Position numbers and translations under genes: made by a program. 64,000 nt of DNA from Oscillospiraceae bacterium (lineage in GTDB: Bacteria > Bacillota > Clostridia > Oscillospirales > Ruminococcaceae): contig JAIRWC010000031.1 of the NCBI GenBank assembly GCA_031253495.1, positions 31,077 through 95,076 on the forward strand, in the 5' to 3' direction. Positions 7,976-16,587 of the stretch are shown piece by piece (position 1 is the stretch's first letter; every line of letters begins with the position of its first letter). Under the pieces are notes generated by a model. That model was not told the DNA's origin. It made no database searches and saw only the letters and a list, made by a program, of their open reading frames with translations.

Positions 7976-9061
7976 ATGGCAAAAAGAAGAATAGGCATAC
8001 TGACAAGCGGCGGGGACTGCCCGGGGCTGAACGCGACAATCCGCGGCGCGGTGCGCTCCTGCTATCATTTAATGGGGGAGGACAACGTGGAAATCGTCGG
8101 GATTTCAGAGGGGTATTACGGGCTGATTAACGACCACTGCGCGCTTATGAAGCCGAGCGATTTCTACGGGATTTTAACGCGCGGGGGAACCATACTCGGG
8201 ACTAAGCGAACCCCTTACAAGATGATGCAGGTCGTCGAGGACGACGACGTGGACAAAGTCAAACAAATGAAGCTCACTTATAACAAGTGGGGGCTTGACT
8301 GCCTGCTTACCCTTGGCGGAAACGGGACGCACAAGACCGCCAACCTGCTTTCGGAAGAGGGGCTGAACGTCATCGGGCTGCCAAAGACCATTGACAACGA
8401 CATATGGGGAACCGACGTAACCTTCGGTTTCCATACCGCCGTCGACATAGGAACCGAGGTGATTGACAGGATTCACACCACCGCCCATTCCCACAGCCGC
8501 GTCATGGTGGTTGAAATTATGGGGAACAAATCGGGCTGGCTCGCGCTTTACACCGGAATAGCGGGCGGCAGCGACATAGTCCTTATCCCCGAGATACCCT
8601 ACGAACCCAAAAAGGTCGCCGAAACCGTGAGGAGGCGCGCCGACGACGGCAAGCCCGGCTTGGTTATAACCGTGGCCGAGGGCGCGATGGACGCGGAAGA
8701 GGCGCTTTTAAAAAGAAAAGAACGCGCCAAAAAGCGCGCGGAGGCGGGCGAGGTTACCGTTACCGGCAGGATAGCCGATTTTGTTCAAGAAGAGGCGAAG
8801 ATTGAAACCCGCGCGGTCGTTCCGGGGCATATGCTCAGAGGGGGGAGCCCGTCGGCTTACGACAGGATTCTCGCCACGCAGTTCGGGGCGCGGGCGGCGG
8901 CGCTCGTGAAAATGGGCAAGTTCGGTTACACGGTGGCTAAAAAAGGCAGCGACGTTACCGAAAACAAACTGTCCGACGTCGCGGGGAAATCCCGCTTTGT
9001 CGACGTCGAGGGGGAGATGGTGAAAACGGCGCGGAGCATAGGGATGTATTTCGGGGACTGA
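7976..9061 (+). CDS. 6-phosphofructokinase family protein with atypical active-site motifs; the phosphoryl donor is uncertain
   Basis: PFK motifs are present: GILTSGGDCPGLNA, GGNGT, PKTIDNDI, MGNKSGWLAL, PGHMLRGGSPSAYDR. Confidence 0.85.
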   Translation: MAKRRIGILTSGGDCPGLNATIRGAVRSCYHLMGEDNVEIVGISEGYYGLINDHCALMKPSDFYGILTRGGTILGTKRTPYKMMQVVEDDDVDKVKQMKLTYNKWGLDCLLTLGGNGTHKTANLLSEEGLNVIGLPKTIDNDIWGTDVTFGFHTAVDIGTEVIDRIHTTAHSHSRVMVVEIMGNKSGWLALYTGIAGGSDIVLIPEIPYEPKKVAETVRRRADDGKPGLVITVAEGAMDAEEALLKRKERAKKRAEAGEVTVTGRIADFVQEEAKIETRAVVPGHMLRGGSPSAYDRILATQFGARAAALVKMGKFGYTVAKKGSDVTENKLSDVAGKSRFVDVEGEMVKTARSIGMYFGD

Positions 9062-9082
9062 TAACCGAATACGCGTCGGGTT

Positions 9083-9201
9083 TCAGCCCGCCGCCCGCCG
9101 CCTTCAGCCCGCCGCCTTCAGCCCGCCGCCCGCCGCCTTCCGCCCGCCGCCCGCCGCCTTCAGCCCGCCGCCCGCCGCCTTCAGCCCGCCGCCCGCCGCC
9201 C
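9083..9201. repeat. GC-rich minisatellite with a 21-nt unit tcagcccgccgcccgccgcct (5 full units plus one 14-nt unit)
   Basis: I read it directly. It lies between the convergent pfk-like gene and the 9219-9572 gene. Confidence 0.9.
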
Positions 9202-9218
9202 GGTAATCTCGCGGTCGG

Positions 9219-9572
9219 TTACCCTTTGCCGCCGATTTTTCTTCGCACCTTGTCGTAATATTTGTAAATATCCTGCACGGCGTTTTCAAGCATGAAATAA
9301 TATACCATATACGGCGCGACGAGGACGATGAACAGCCCGATAAGCGCCGCCAGCGTCAGCGGGGGGGTTTCGACGACAAACGTTACGCAAACCGTCATAA
9401 CGGCGAGAACGGCGACCGTCATCGAAACGATTAAATGGACAAGCCGCTCGTGCTGATAGAACTCGATTTTCGCCAGCATTTCAAAGCTGAGTTTTTCCCA
9501 GTCGGTATCGGGGGCGTCTTTTTCGAGGAGCGCGTTGATTTCGTCTTTGTAGATTCTGATATCCTTTGTCAT
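9219..9572 (-). CDS. small membrane protein, 2 predicted TM helices (117 aa)
   Basis: The hydrophobic segments are LVHLIVSMTVAVLAVMTVCVTFVV and LTLAALIGLFIVLVAPYMVYYF. I did not recognise any family. Confidence 0.55.
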   Translation of the reverse strand: MTKDIRIYKDEINALLEKDAPDTDWEKLSFEMLAKIEFYQHERLVHLIVSMTVAVLAVMTVCVTFVVETPPLTLAALIGLFIVLVAPYMVYYFMLENAVQDIYKYYDKVRRKIGGKG

Positions 9573-9685
9573 GGCGTAATCCTTTCCGTATCGGTTCGCG
9601 GCGAAGCCACGACAGAATTATAACAGAAACGCCGCGTTTTGTCAAACCGTTTTGCCGCGGGCAAATTTTCAAACGGAGCGAGCTT

Positions 9686-11017
9686 ATGAACTTTTTGGAA
9701 CACCTGAACAAAGAATTCGCCTGTTCAAAAGAGGCCGTCCTTCACACAATCAATAAATTGCCCGACGCGAAAACGGTCGTCGTCAACGTCGGCATGGGCG
9801 TTCTTTCCCATGACACCGGTCTTTTGAACATACGGAGCTTTAAAAATTTTATCAAGGATATTTCGGAGCTGGTCAACGCGAATTTGAAAAGGCGCGCGGT
9901 TATCGTCGTTTCCGATTCTTTGAAAAAGACGGGGCACAGGTATTTTCGCCAATCCGACGACGGCGGCCATTCGGCGAAACACAGCTTTAATTCCGCGCTG
10001 AGCGCCTTGGTCCACAACGATATAGTGAACATCTTTTACGACGGGTTTTTGAATTATAACATCAGGGTTATCGGTTTTTCGGTATCTTCGGCGGAAACCG
10101 ACGCCGCGGGGGAATTGAACAAAAAGCTGCGGACGATAAAAGGCATCGCCTCTTCCGAAACCAAGCCGGACGACGTCAAGTTAAAGGCGATAAGGGATTT
10201 GTTAAGCGATAAAAGGGACGCCGGGAGGGGAACGGCTTTCAAAGCGAAAAAAACGGCCGAAACCATAAGACAGCTGTTCAAAAATTTTCCGAGGGTAGTC
10301 CCGATAATAATGGAGGACGTTTCCAAAGACGACGCCCTTTGCGAAGAGGACGACGGTTTCGCCACCATGATAGCGCTGTCCGTCGGCGCCGACGCGCTGG
10401 TGTCAATTTCCGGGAAAGGGATGCTCTATACGGCGGACCCCGCCAAAACCGCGAAAGCCCTGCCGTTTTACTGTTTCGACACCGGCAGGAGGGCGCCTTT
10501 CGACGACGCCCGGCGCGCCGAGTTGGCGGCAAAGTTAAACGCCGCGAAAAAAGTCAACGCGCGCAATAAATCGATACCCATGATTTTAACGCCGTACAAC
10601 AGCCCGTATACCGTCCGCGATTTGTTCGACAGGAACGCGATTGACAAAATTTGCGCGGACGGCGAGTACCCGAATTTTACCATATTCATCAATTCTCAAA
10701 AAGTTGAGTTGCCGATTGAAAGGCGCCCTTCGGCGGGCTCGGTGGTTATCGACGACAACGCGGCCAAGGAACTGCTGAACACAAGCAGCAATCTGCTTTC
10801 CGTCGGGATAATAAACATTTTGGGCGAATTCGGGCCGAAGTCGGTCGTTTCGATTGTAAACAAGGATTTAATTGAAATAGGCCGCGGCGTCGTGAAGCTA
10901 AGCAGCGGCGACATAAAAAAAACGATGGGGCAGCCGAAGGGCGGAACCGTAATCAGCCGCCAAAAAATGCACGTCATACGTCGTTTAACGCAATTAAACG
11001 AGAAACAGTGTCAATAA
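9686..11017 (+). CDS. degenerate amino-acid-kinase (ProB-like) domain fused to a PUA domain; probably not catalytic
   Basis: It aligns by eye with the neighbouring ProB, for example KTVVVNVGMGVLSHDTGLLNIR against KKIVIKIGTSSLTYGTGMLNYR. The C-terminal PUA-like block is GSVVIDDNAAKELL..SLLSVGI..ILGEFGPKSVVSIV. The ATG at 9686 follows GGAG. Confidence 0.6.
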   Translation: MNFLEHLNKEFACSKEAVLHTINKLPDAKTVVVNVGMGVLSHDTGLLNIRSFKNFIKDISELVNANLKRRAVIVVSDSLKKTGHRYFRQSDDGGHSAKHSFNSALSALVHNDIVNIFYDGFLNYNIRVIGFSVSSAETDAAGELNKKLRTIKGIASSETKPDDVKLKAIRDLLSDKRDAGRGTAFKAKKTAETIRQLFKNFPRVVPIIMEDVSKDDALCEEDDGFATMIALSVGADALVSISGKGMLYTADPAKTAKALPFYCFDTGRRAPFDDARRAELAAKLNAAKKVNARNKSIPMILTPYNSPYTVRDLFDRNAIDKICADGEYPNFTIFINSQKVELPIERRPSAGSVVIDDNAAKELLNTSSNLLSVGIINILGEFGPKSVVSIVNKDLIEIGRGVVKLSSGDIKKTMGQPKGGTVISRQKMHVIRRLTQLNEKQCQ

Positions 11018-11032
11018 ATAACGGGGGCCGGC

Positions 11033-11851
11033 ATGAATTCCGCTTCTAAAAAAATCGTGATAAAAATCGGAACGTCTTCGCTTACCTACGGCACGGGGAT
11101 GCTCAATTACCGCCATATCGAGGAAATGGCGGACGTCGTGTGCGATTTAAAAAATATGGGGCATAAAATCGTGATAGTCTCTTCCGGAGCCGTCGGGATA
11201 GGTTTGGGGAAAATCAACAACCGGAAAAAAATCGAGGAACAATGTGAAAAACCCGCGGAATCAAGTAAAAAGCGAGCGTTGGCCGCCGCCGGGCAAAGCG
11301 GCCTTATGGCGGTGTACGAGGAACTTTTCAACGTGTATAACTGTCAGGTGGCGCAGGCGCTGCTGACCAAATCGTCGCTTGAAAACGCGGACAATCGCGA
11401 CGTTATCGCCGGCGCGTTTGAGGAAATGTTCGCGTATGACGTTTTGCCGATAGTGAACGAAAACGACGTGGCAGCCGGGGACGACGCGTCGTCGGGCGAT
11501 TTGTTCGGCGATAACGACACCCTTTCCGCGTATGTGGCGAAATTTATCAAAGCGGATATGCTGATAATTTGGTCGGATATCGACGGGCTTTACGACAAAG
11601 ACCCGCGAATAAACGCGAACGCGAAACTTATCCCGGTTGTTACGGAAATAAACGGCGATATCCATAAAGCGGCGGGGGGGGTCGGTTCGCCGCGCGGGAG
11701 CGGCGGAATGGCGACAAAGTTAAGGGCGGCGAAAACGGTCATGGACGCGGGGATAGACATGGTTATAACAAACAGCGCCAACCCCGAAAATTTATACGGG
11801 ATAATCAACGGCGAAAAAACGGGCACGTTATTCAAGGCGGTTAAACGTTAG
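11033..11851 (+). CDS. proB: glutamate 5-kinase (short form without a PUA domain)
   Basis: It has the motifs KIVIKIGTSSLT, IVIVSSGAVGIG, FGDNDTLSA and GSPRGSGGMATKL, and it ends after the kinase domain at 272 aa. Confidence 0.88.
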   Translation: MNSASKKIVIKIGTSSLTYGTGMLNYRHIEEMADVVCDLKNMGHKIVIVSSGAVGIGLGKINNRKKIEEQCEKPAESSKKRALAAAGQSGLMAVYEELFNVYNCQVAQALLTKSSLENADNRDVIAGAFEEMFAYDVLPIVNENDVAAGDDASSGDLFGDNDTLSAYVAKFIKADMLIIWSDIDGLYDKDPRINANAKLIPVVTEINGDIHKAAGGVGSPRGSGGMATKLRAAKTVMDAGIDMVITNSANPENLYGIINGEKTGTLFKAVKR

Positions 11852-11907
11852 CAGGGCGGACAATTGAAGTTACAACTTTTCCCGTAATAAAAAAAATGAT
11901 ATTTTTA

Positions 11908-11936
11908 ATGACAATTCAATGATTTTATGGTATAAT
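11908..11936 (+). promoter_or_regulatory. sigma-A promoter with an extended -10
   Basis: ATGACA lies at 11908-11913, followed by a 17-nt spacer that ends in TGg, then TATAAT at 11931-11936. Confidence 0.6.
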
Positions 11937-11981
11937 TATCGGGAGTTTAAACGGAATCCTTATGGTTCGGAGGTTTTCGGC

Positions 11982-13481
11982 ATGAGAGTTAGCATAAAAT
12001 ATCTTTTGAAAGGGCTGGCGCGGACGCTCGTTTTAGCCGCGCTCCTCGCTTTGGCGCTCACGGCTTGCGGCGGCGGGGGCGACGGCGAAGCGTCCGATTC
12101 GGAGCCCGACGACGCCGAACCGCCGGAACCGGCGATAAAAGTCGGGTTTATTTATAACGGCTTGCTTGAGAACGGCACGGTAAACAAGATTTTCGACGGC
12201 GCGCGTCTGCAGCTTGAAAAGAATCTCGGCGTTGAAACCTGTTATATCGAGGGGGTTTTGGTGAGGGATTTCCCGAAGGCCGTGGATACCTTGAAAGAAC
12301 ACGACGTAAACGTGATAGTTTCGTGCAGCGACTATTTCGCGAACAGCTGCGACAAGGCGGCGGGGGAGAACGTCGATATAAAGTTCATCAGTTTCGGCGG
12401 CGCGTCGTCGTCCGCGAACCTGACGAGCTTTAAGCCGCTTTTGTACCAGCCGGCGAACGTGTGCGGGCTTGCCGCGGCGATTACGGGGACGTACGGTTCG
12501 GTGGGCGTTGTCGCCGACCACAGGATGTTCAACTGCGCGGGGGTCGTCAATTCGTACATACTCGGGGCGAAATTATTGGGGCAGGCGAATTTGAACGTTT
12601 CGATAAACTGGGCGTCGTCCGACATGCCGGAAGACACGGCGGCGGCGATTGACGACATGGTCGGGCAGGGCAACGACGTTATCATGCTGTATCAAAGCAC
12701 GGATTACGGGATAAGGTACTGCGAGGAAAACGGCATAAAATTTATCGCCTTCGGGGGGAATTTAACGGAAATCGCCCCCAATAACTGCGTTTCCGGGTTT
12801 TATTTCAACGTGAACTCGTATATAACGGAGCAGGTGCGCTATATACAAAACGATATGTTCAAAGGGAGCGTTACGCAAGGCGAGATGAAAGCGGGTTATA
12901 CGAGAATGACGCCGCTTAACGAGGCGATTAGCGATTACGACTATACGAAAAGGCTGACCGACCTGCTTTTTGACGAAATCGCCAAAAGGGAAAGCGACGG
13001 TATTTTTAAGGGCGAAATAAAGGATAATTTCGGTAAAATCCAAGTGCCGAGGGGCGTTACGTTAAGCCCCGGCGACGTTTTGGAAATGAGCTGGATGGAA
13101 ATTTCCGTATTAAACAATTTGAAAAGGTTTTCCGATTCGCTGACGGAAGACCGATTGATTTCCTCCGATTTCATCGTGCGCGGGGAATGGCCCGAGCCCC
13201 CTCCCGAAACCGACGGCGACGGCGATTCCGCTTCCGACGCGGAACCCGATACCTTGCCACCCGATACGGACTCTTCCGCTTCCGACGCGGACTCTTCCGC
13301 TTCCGATACGGATTCTTCCGTTTCAGACGCGGATTCTTCCGTTTCAGACGCGGATTCTTCCGTTTCAGATACGGATTCTTCCGTTTCAGATACGGATTCT
13401 TCCGTTTCAGATACGGATTCTTCCGCTTCCGACACGGACTCTTCCGTTTCAGATACGGACTCTTCCGCTTCCGAGTCTTAA
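11982..13481 (+). CDS. BMP/PnrA-family (nucleoside-type) ABC transporter substrate-binding lipoprotein with a C-terminal Ser/Asp repeat tail
   Basis: The lipobox is LALALTAC|GGG. The BMP-like core is IKVGFIYNGLLENGTVNKIF... There is a 10 x 7-aa DSS[AV]SD[AT] tail. Confidence 0.65.
   Translation: MRVSIKYLLKGLARTLVLAALLALALTACGGGGDGEASDSEPDDAEPPEPAIKVGFIYNGLLENGTVNKIFDGARLQLEKNLGVETCYIEGVLVRDFPKAVDTLKEHDVNVIVSCSDYFANSCDKAAGENVDIKFISFGGASSSANLTSFKPLLYQPANVCGLAAAITGTYGSVGVVADHRMFNCAGVVNSYILGAKLLGQANLNVSINWASSDMPEDTAAAIDDMVGQGNDVIMLYQSTDYGIRYCEENGIKFIAFGGNLTEIAPNNCVSGFYFNVNSYITEQVRYIQNDMFKGSVTQGEMKAGYTRMTPLNEAISDYDYTKRLTDLLFDEIAKRESDGIFKGEIKDNFGKIQVPRGVTLSPGDVLEMSWMEISVLNNLKRFSDSLTEDRLISSDFIVRGEWPEPPPETDGDGDSASDAEPDTLPPDTDSSASDADSSASDTDSSVSDADSSVSDADSSVSDTDSSVSDTDSSVSDTDSSASDTDSSVSDTDSSASES
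13269..13478 (+). repeat. 10 x 21-nt in-frame tandem repeat encoding DSS(A/V)SD(A/T)
   Basis: I read it directly. It covers exactly 210 nt, in frame with the CDS that starts at 11982. Confidence 0.9.
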
Positions 13482-13506
13482 GCCTTCCGAAAGCCTAAGG
13501 AATTAA

Positions 13507-15330
13507 ATGAGCAAAAAAATCGCAAAAAGAAGAAGCAACGCCGGCATAAACGTACTCGCCGCCGCTTTGGTTTTAATCGCGGCGGGGATAATCGCGCTTT
13601 ACGCGTATACTTTCGGCGGAACCGCGCGGACGGCGGATTTTGAAACAAAGGTGAAATCGCTTAAGGAATACGTTTTTTCCGGCGGCGATATCGAAAGCGT
13701 TATAAACGCGGAATTGGGCGGCGCGGGAAGTTACACCGTGTTTATTTCCGTCGGGTATGAAACGGCGCGCGCCGACGTTTTCCACGCGACGAAGCCGAAC
13801 CTCGGCGACGCGTGGGATAAAGCGGCGGAAAAGGCGAAAGCGGGGATAAGCGGGAGGAACCGCGAAGCCGCTTATTTAAGGGCGGACGTCGTAAACAACA
13901 CGACGGTTATGCCGGCGGAGGATTTCCCGGATTATGTGAAAACGCTGTCAAGGGGGGAATGGGGGTATTTCAGATACGGCATGGCGTTCGACGAGGGGTT
14001 CAAAACCGCCCTGCTTGAAGCGGAAATAAACGGGAATCGGCTGATTGACTATAAAGAAACGTTCAAACCGCGCTTGGGCAGGATTAAGGAATATATGAAA
14101 GAACACAATCGCGGAACGCTTAAAAGTATTCCCGACGAGATAATTTTGTTTTCCTGCCGGGGGTATTTCTACGACGGCGAGGATTTTTACACGCTCGCTC
14201 ACGAACCGAACAACAATTACGGGCGGCGGTCGGTCGATAACCTCGATAAGGGTTACATGACCGACATAATAACGCGCGGCGCGAATTATCTCGTTAATCT
14301 GCAAAAAAGCGACGGCGCTTATATCTACGGATATTTCCCCATAACCGACATGGAAATCGAGAACTACAACATTCTGCGCCACGCCGGCACTACTTGGAGC
14401 CTGCTGCAGATTTACAGGGTAACGGGCGACGAGGCGCTGGTCGAGCCGATTAAAAAAGCCGTCGGATACCTCGCCGGGGAAGCGGTGTATAAAGACGAAA
14501 ACACCGCCTATATAGTCGAAAGAAAAGACAACGAGATAAAAATCGGCGCGAACGGTATTTCGCTGCTCCCCATACTTGATTATATGGAGATTTTCGGTTC
14601 CGGCGAATACGACGATCTCGCGAAAAAAATAGGCGACGGGATTTTGGAGCTGCAAGACGGGGACGGAAGGTTTTACCACGTTTTGTATTACGGCGAACCG
14701 GGATATGAGGACTTCGGCAAAAAGGAGCAGTTCAGAACCGTATATTACGACGGCGAGGCCACTTTCGCCTTATGCAGGCTGTATAACCGTTTCGGCGACA
14801 AAAAGTATCTCGACGGCGCGGAAAGGGCGATGGAACTGTTCATAGCGGAGGATTACACGAAATACCGCGACCATTGGCTCTCATACGCCGCGAACGAGAT
14901 AACGAAGTTCGTCCCCGATGAAAGGTATTACGAGTTCGGTTTGAGGAACGTTCAGACAAACCTCAAAAGAATCAGGAATCAGGGGGTTCAGACGCCGATT
15001 ACCGCCGAGCTTTTGCTGGCGGGGTTTGAAATGTACGACAGGCTGAAGGAAAGCGGCGCCGACGTCGGATACCTTAAAGGCGAATTTGACGAAAAGGAGT
15101 TTATCGAAACCCTTATCGAAAGGGTCGACTATAACATCAACGCTTTCGCCTACCCGGAACTGACGATGTATTTCCAAAACCCGTCCAATATCACGAACGG
15201 GTTCGTAACCAGGAACGACAGCTTCCGTTGCAGGATAGACGACGTTCAGCATTATATAGGCGGTTTTATGCTGTACGTTCAAAATTATGAGGCGATATGG
15301 GAATACAATCGGAAATTCAGCGAGGGGTAG
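13507..15330 (+). CDS. membrane-anchored hypothetical protein, possibly with an (alpha/alpha)-toroid type domain
   Basis: There is an N-terminal TM helix, INVLAAALVLIAAGIIALYAY. The C-terminal part is helical-repeat-like (NYNILRHAGTTWSLLQIY, YYDGEATFALCRLY). The function is not assignable. Confidence 0.5.
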   Translation: MSKKIAKRRSNAGINVLAAALVLIAAGIIALYAYTFGGTARTADFETKVKSLKEYVFSGGDIESVINAELGGAGSYTVFISVGYETARADVFHATKPNLGDAWDKAAEKAKAGISGRNREAAYLRADVVNNTTVMPAEDFPDYVKTLSRGEWGYFRYGMAFDEGFKTALLEAEINGNRLIDYKETFKPRLGRIKEYMKEHNRGTLKSIPDEIILFSCRGYFYDGEDFYTLAHEPNNNYGRRSVDNLDKGYMTDIITRGANYLVNLQKSDGAYIYGYFPITDMEIENYNILRHAGTTWSLLQIYRVTGDEALVEPIKKAVGYLAGEAVYKDENTAYIVERKDNEIKIGANGISLLPILDYMEIFGSGEYDDLAKKIGDGILELQDGDGRFYHVLYYGEPGYEDFGKKEQFRTVYYDGEATFALCRLYNRFGDKKYLDGAERAMELFIAEDYTKYRDHWLSYAANEITKFVPDERYYEFGLRNVQTNLKRIRNQGVQTPITAELLLAGFEMYDRLKESGADVGYLKGEFDEKEFIETLIERVDYNINAFAYPELTMYFQNPSNITNGFVTRNDSFRCRIDDVQHYIGGFMLYVQNYEAIWEYNRKFSEG

Positions 15331-15336
15331 GGTTTG

Positions 15337-16197
15337 ATGCCGCGTAAAAAATGGAAAATCACACTCCCCGCTTACGCCAAGCTGAATTTATACCTTGACG
15401 TTACGGGTAAGCGAGCGGACGGCTACCACGAGATAGAAAGCGTTATGCGGGCGATTGACCTTCACGACGTCGTTACCGTTACCGTTACCGAAAACGGCGG
15501 CGACGGGAATATCACCGTAAAATGCGACGACCCCTCAATCCCCGTCGGCGCGGAGAATATCGCTTATCGCGCCGCCGCGCTTTTCATGGAAAAGAGCGGT
15601 TTAAGTTTCAAGGCGGAAATTGACATCCGAAAGCGTATCCCCGTTATGGCGGGGCTGGGCGGTTCAAGCACCGACGGCGCGGCGGTTTTAACCGCGCTGA
15701 ACAGGATTTATAACGCGTTCGACGCCGCCGGGTTATCGGAAACGGGGGCCGCCCTCGGCGCGGACGTGCCTTTTTGCCTGACGGGCGGAACGGCGTTATG
15801 CAAAGGCGCGGGCGGCGTTATAACGCCTTTGCCGTCCGCCGCGAGGAATTTTTACGTTATAATCAAACCGGATTTCGGTATAAGCACGAAACGGGCTTAT
15901 GAGATGTACGACCGCCTCGCCCCCGTGAGCGGGCCCGTTTCGAGGGATATGCCGTATAACGCGTTTCAGGCTTTGTATAAAGACGGGCGCATAGACGGAA
16001 TATGCCGCGATTTGATAAACAGCGGGGCTCTCGGCGCTTCCATGACGGGGAGCGGCAGCGCGGTGTTCGGGGTGTTTGCCGAACGCGCGGCGGCGGAAAA
16101 CGCCTGTAAAAAACTGGACTATCCGCATAAATTTATCGCTTGCGACGCGCGGCGGGCGTTGCGCGGCGTCAACGAAAGAAAGGGGTATGCCGTATGA
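15337..16197 (+). CDS. ispE: 4-diphosphocytidyl-2-C-methyl-D-erythritol kinase
   Basis: It has the motifs AYAKLNLYLDVTGKRADGYHEIESV and the GHMP motif PVMAGLGGSSTDGAAVL. Confidence 0.9.
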   Translation: MPRKKWKITLPAYAKLNLYLDVTGKRADGYHEIESVMRAIDLHDVVTVTVTENGGDGNITVKCDDPSIPVGAENIAYRAAALFMEKSGLSFKAEIDIRKRIPVMAGLGGSSTDGAAVLTALNRIYNAFDAAGLSETGAALGADVPFCLTGGTALCKGAGGVITPLPSAARNFYVIIKPDFGISTKRAYEMYDRLAPVSGPVSRDMPYNAFQALYKDGRIDGICRDLINSGALGASMTGSGSAVFGVFAERAAAENACKKLDYPHKFIACDARRALRGVNERKGYAV

Positions 16198-16553
16198 TAA
16201 CGAAACGCACGCATTTAGGGGATATAACGGTTTCAAAGCAGTTTTTCACGGAACTGATAGGGCGCACCATCGTCAGTTGTTTCGGGGTGGTGGAGATGAA
16301 CGCGGGCGGCGCGAAACAGACGCTCGTCGAGTCTTTGCCGTTTTTATCCGGGAAAAACAAGGTGGATAAGGGCGTATCGTTCAAAATAATAAGGGACAAA
16401 CTGTACGTCGACCTGCATATAACCGTTCTGTACGGGGTAAACGTCGCGTCCGTCGTGAAGAGTATTCAACATAAGATAAAGTACGCCGTCGAAGAGGAAA
16501 CGGATATTCCCGTCGAAAGGGTAAACGTTTTTATAGACGGCATTAAGTCTTAG
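16194..16553 (+). CDS. Asp23/Gls24 (alkaline shock protein) family protein
   Basis: The translation ITVSKQFFTELIGRTIVSCFGVVEM...VDLHITVLYGVNV fits the family. The start overlaps the ispE stop (ATGA), and it sits in the conserved position upstream of yloV. Confidence 0.8.
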   Translation: MITKRTHLGDITVSKQFFTELIGRTIVSCFGVVEMNAGGAKQTLVESLPFLSGKNKVDKGVSFKIIRDKLYVDLHITVLYGVNVASVVKSIQHKIKYAVEEETDIPVERVNVFIDGIKS

Positions 16554-16587
16554 CGACGAGGGAAAATCTGTTGGGGGGATTTAAACT

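Noticed and set aside
9083-9201. Possible CRISPR array (this repeat and also those at 27580-27680 and 37514-37574)
   Set aside because: The units are directly abutting tandem repeats with no unique spacers. Unit lengths are 20-34 nt with 3-6 copies, and no cas genes are in the window.
9640-9672. Small hairpin (ttgcc-gcg-ggcaa followed by attttc) upstream of the ProB-like gene as a possible attenuator
   Set aside because: The stem is only 5 bp with a weak T-tract. There is no leader peptide or alternative structure, so the evidence is insufficient.
13187-13498. ORF encoding an (FRFRRG)n peptide
   Set aside because: It is an alternative frame of the 21-nt Ser/Asp repeat inside the lipoprotein gene, so it is an artefact of repeat periodicity.
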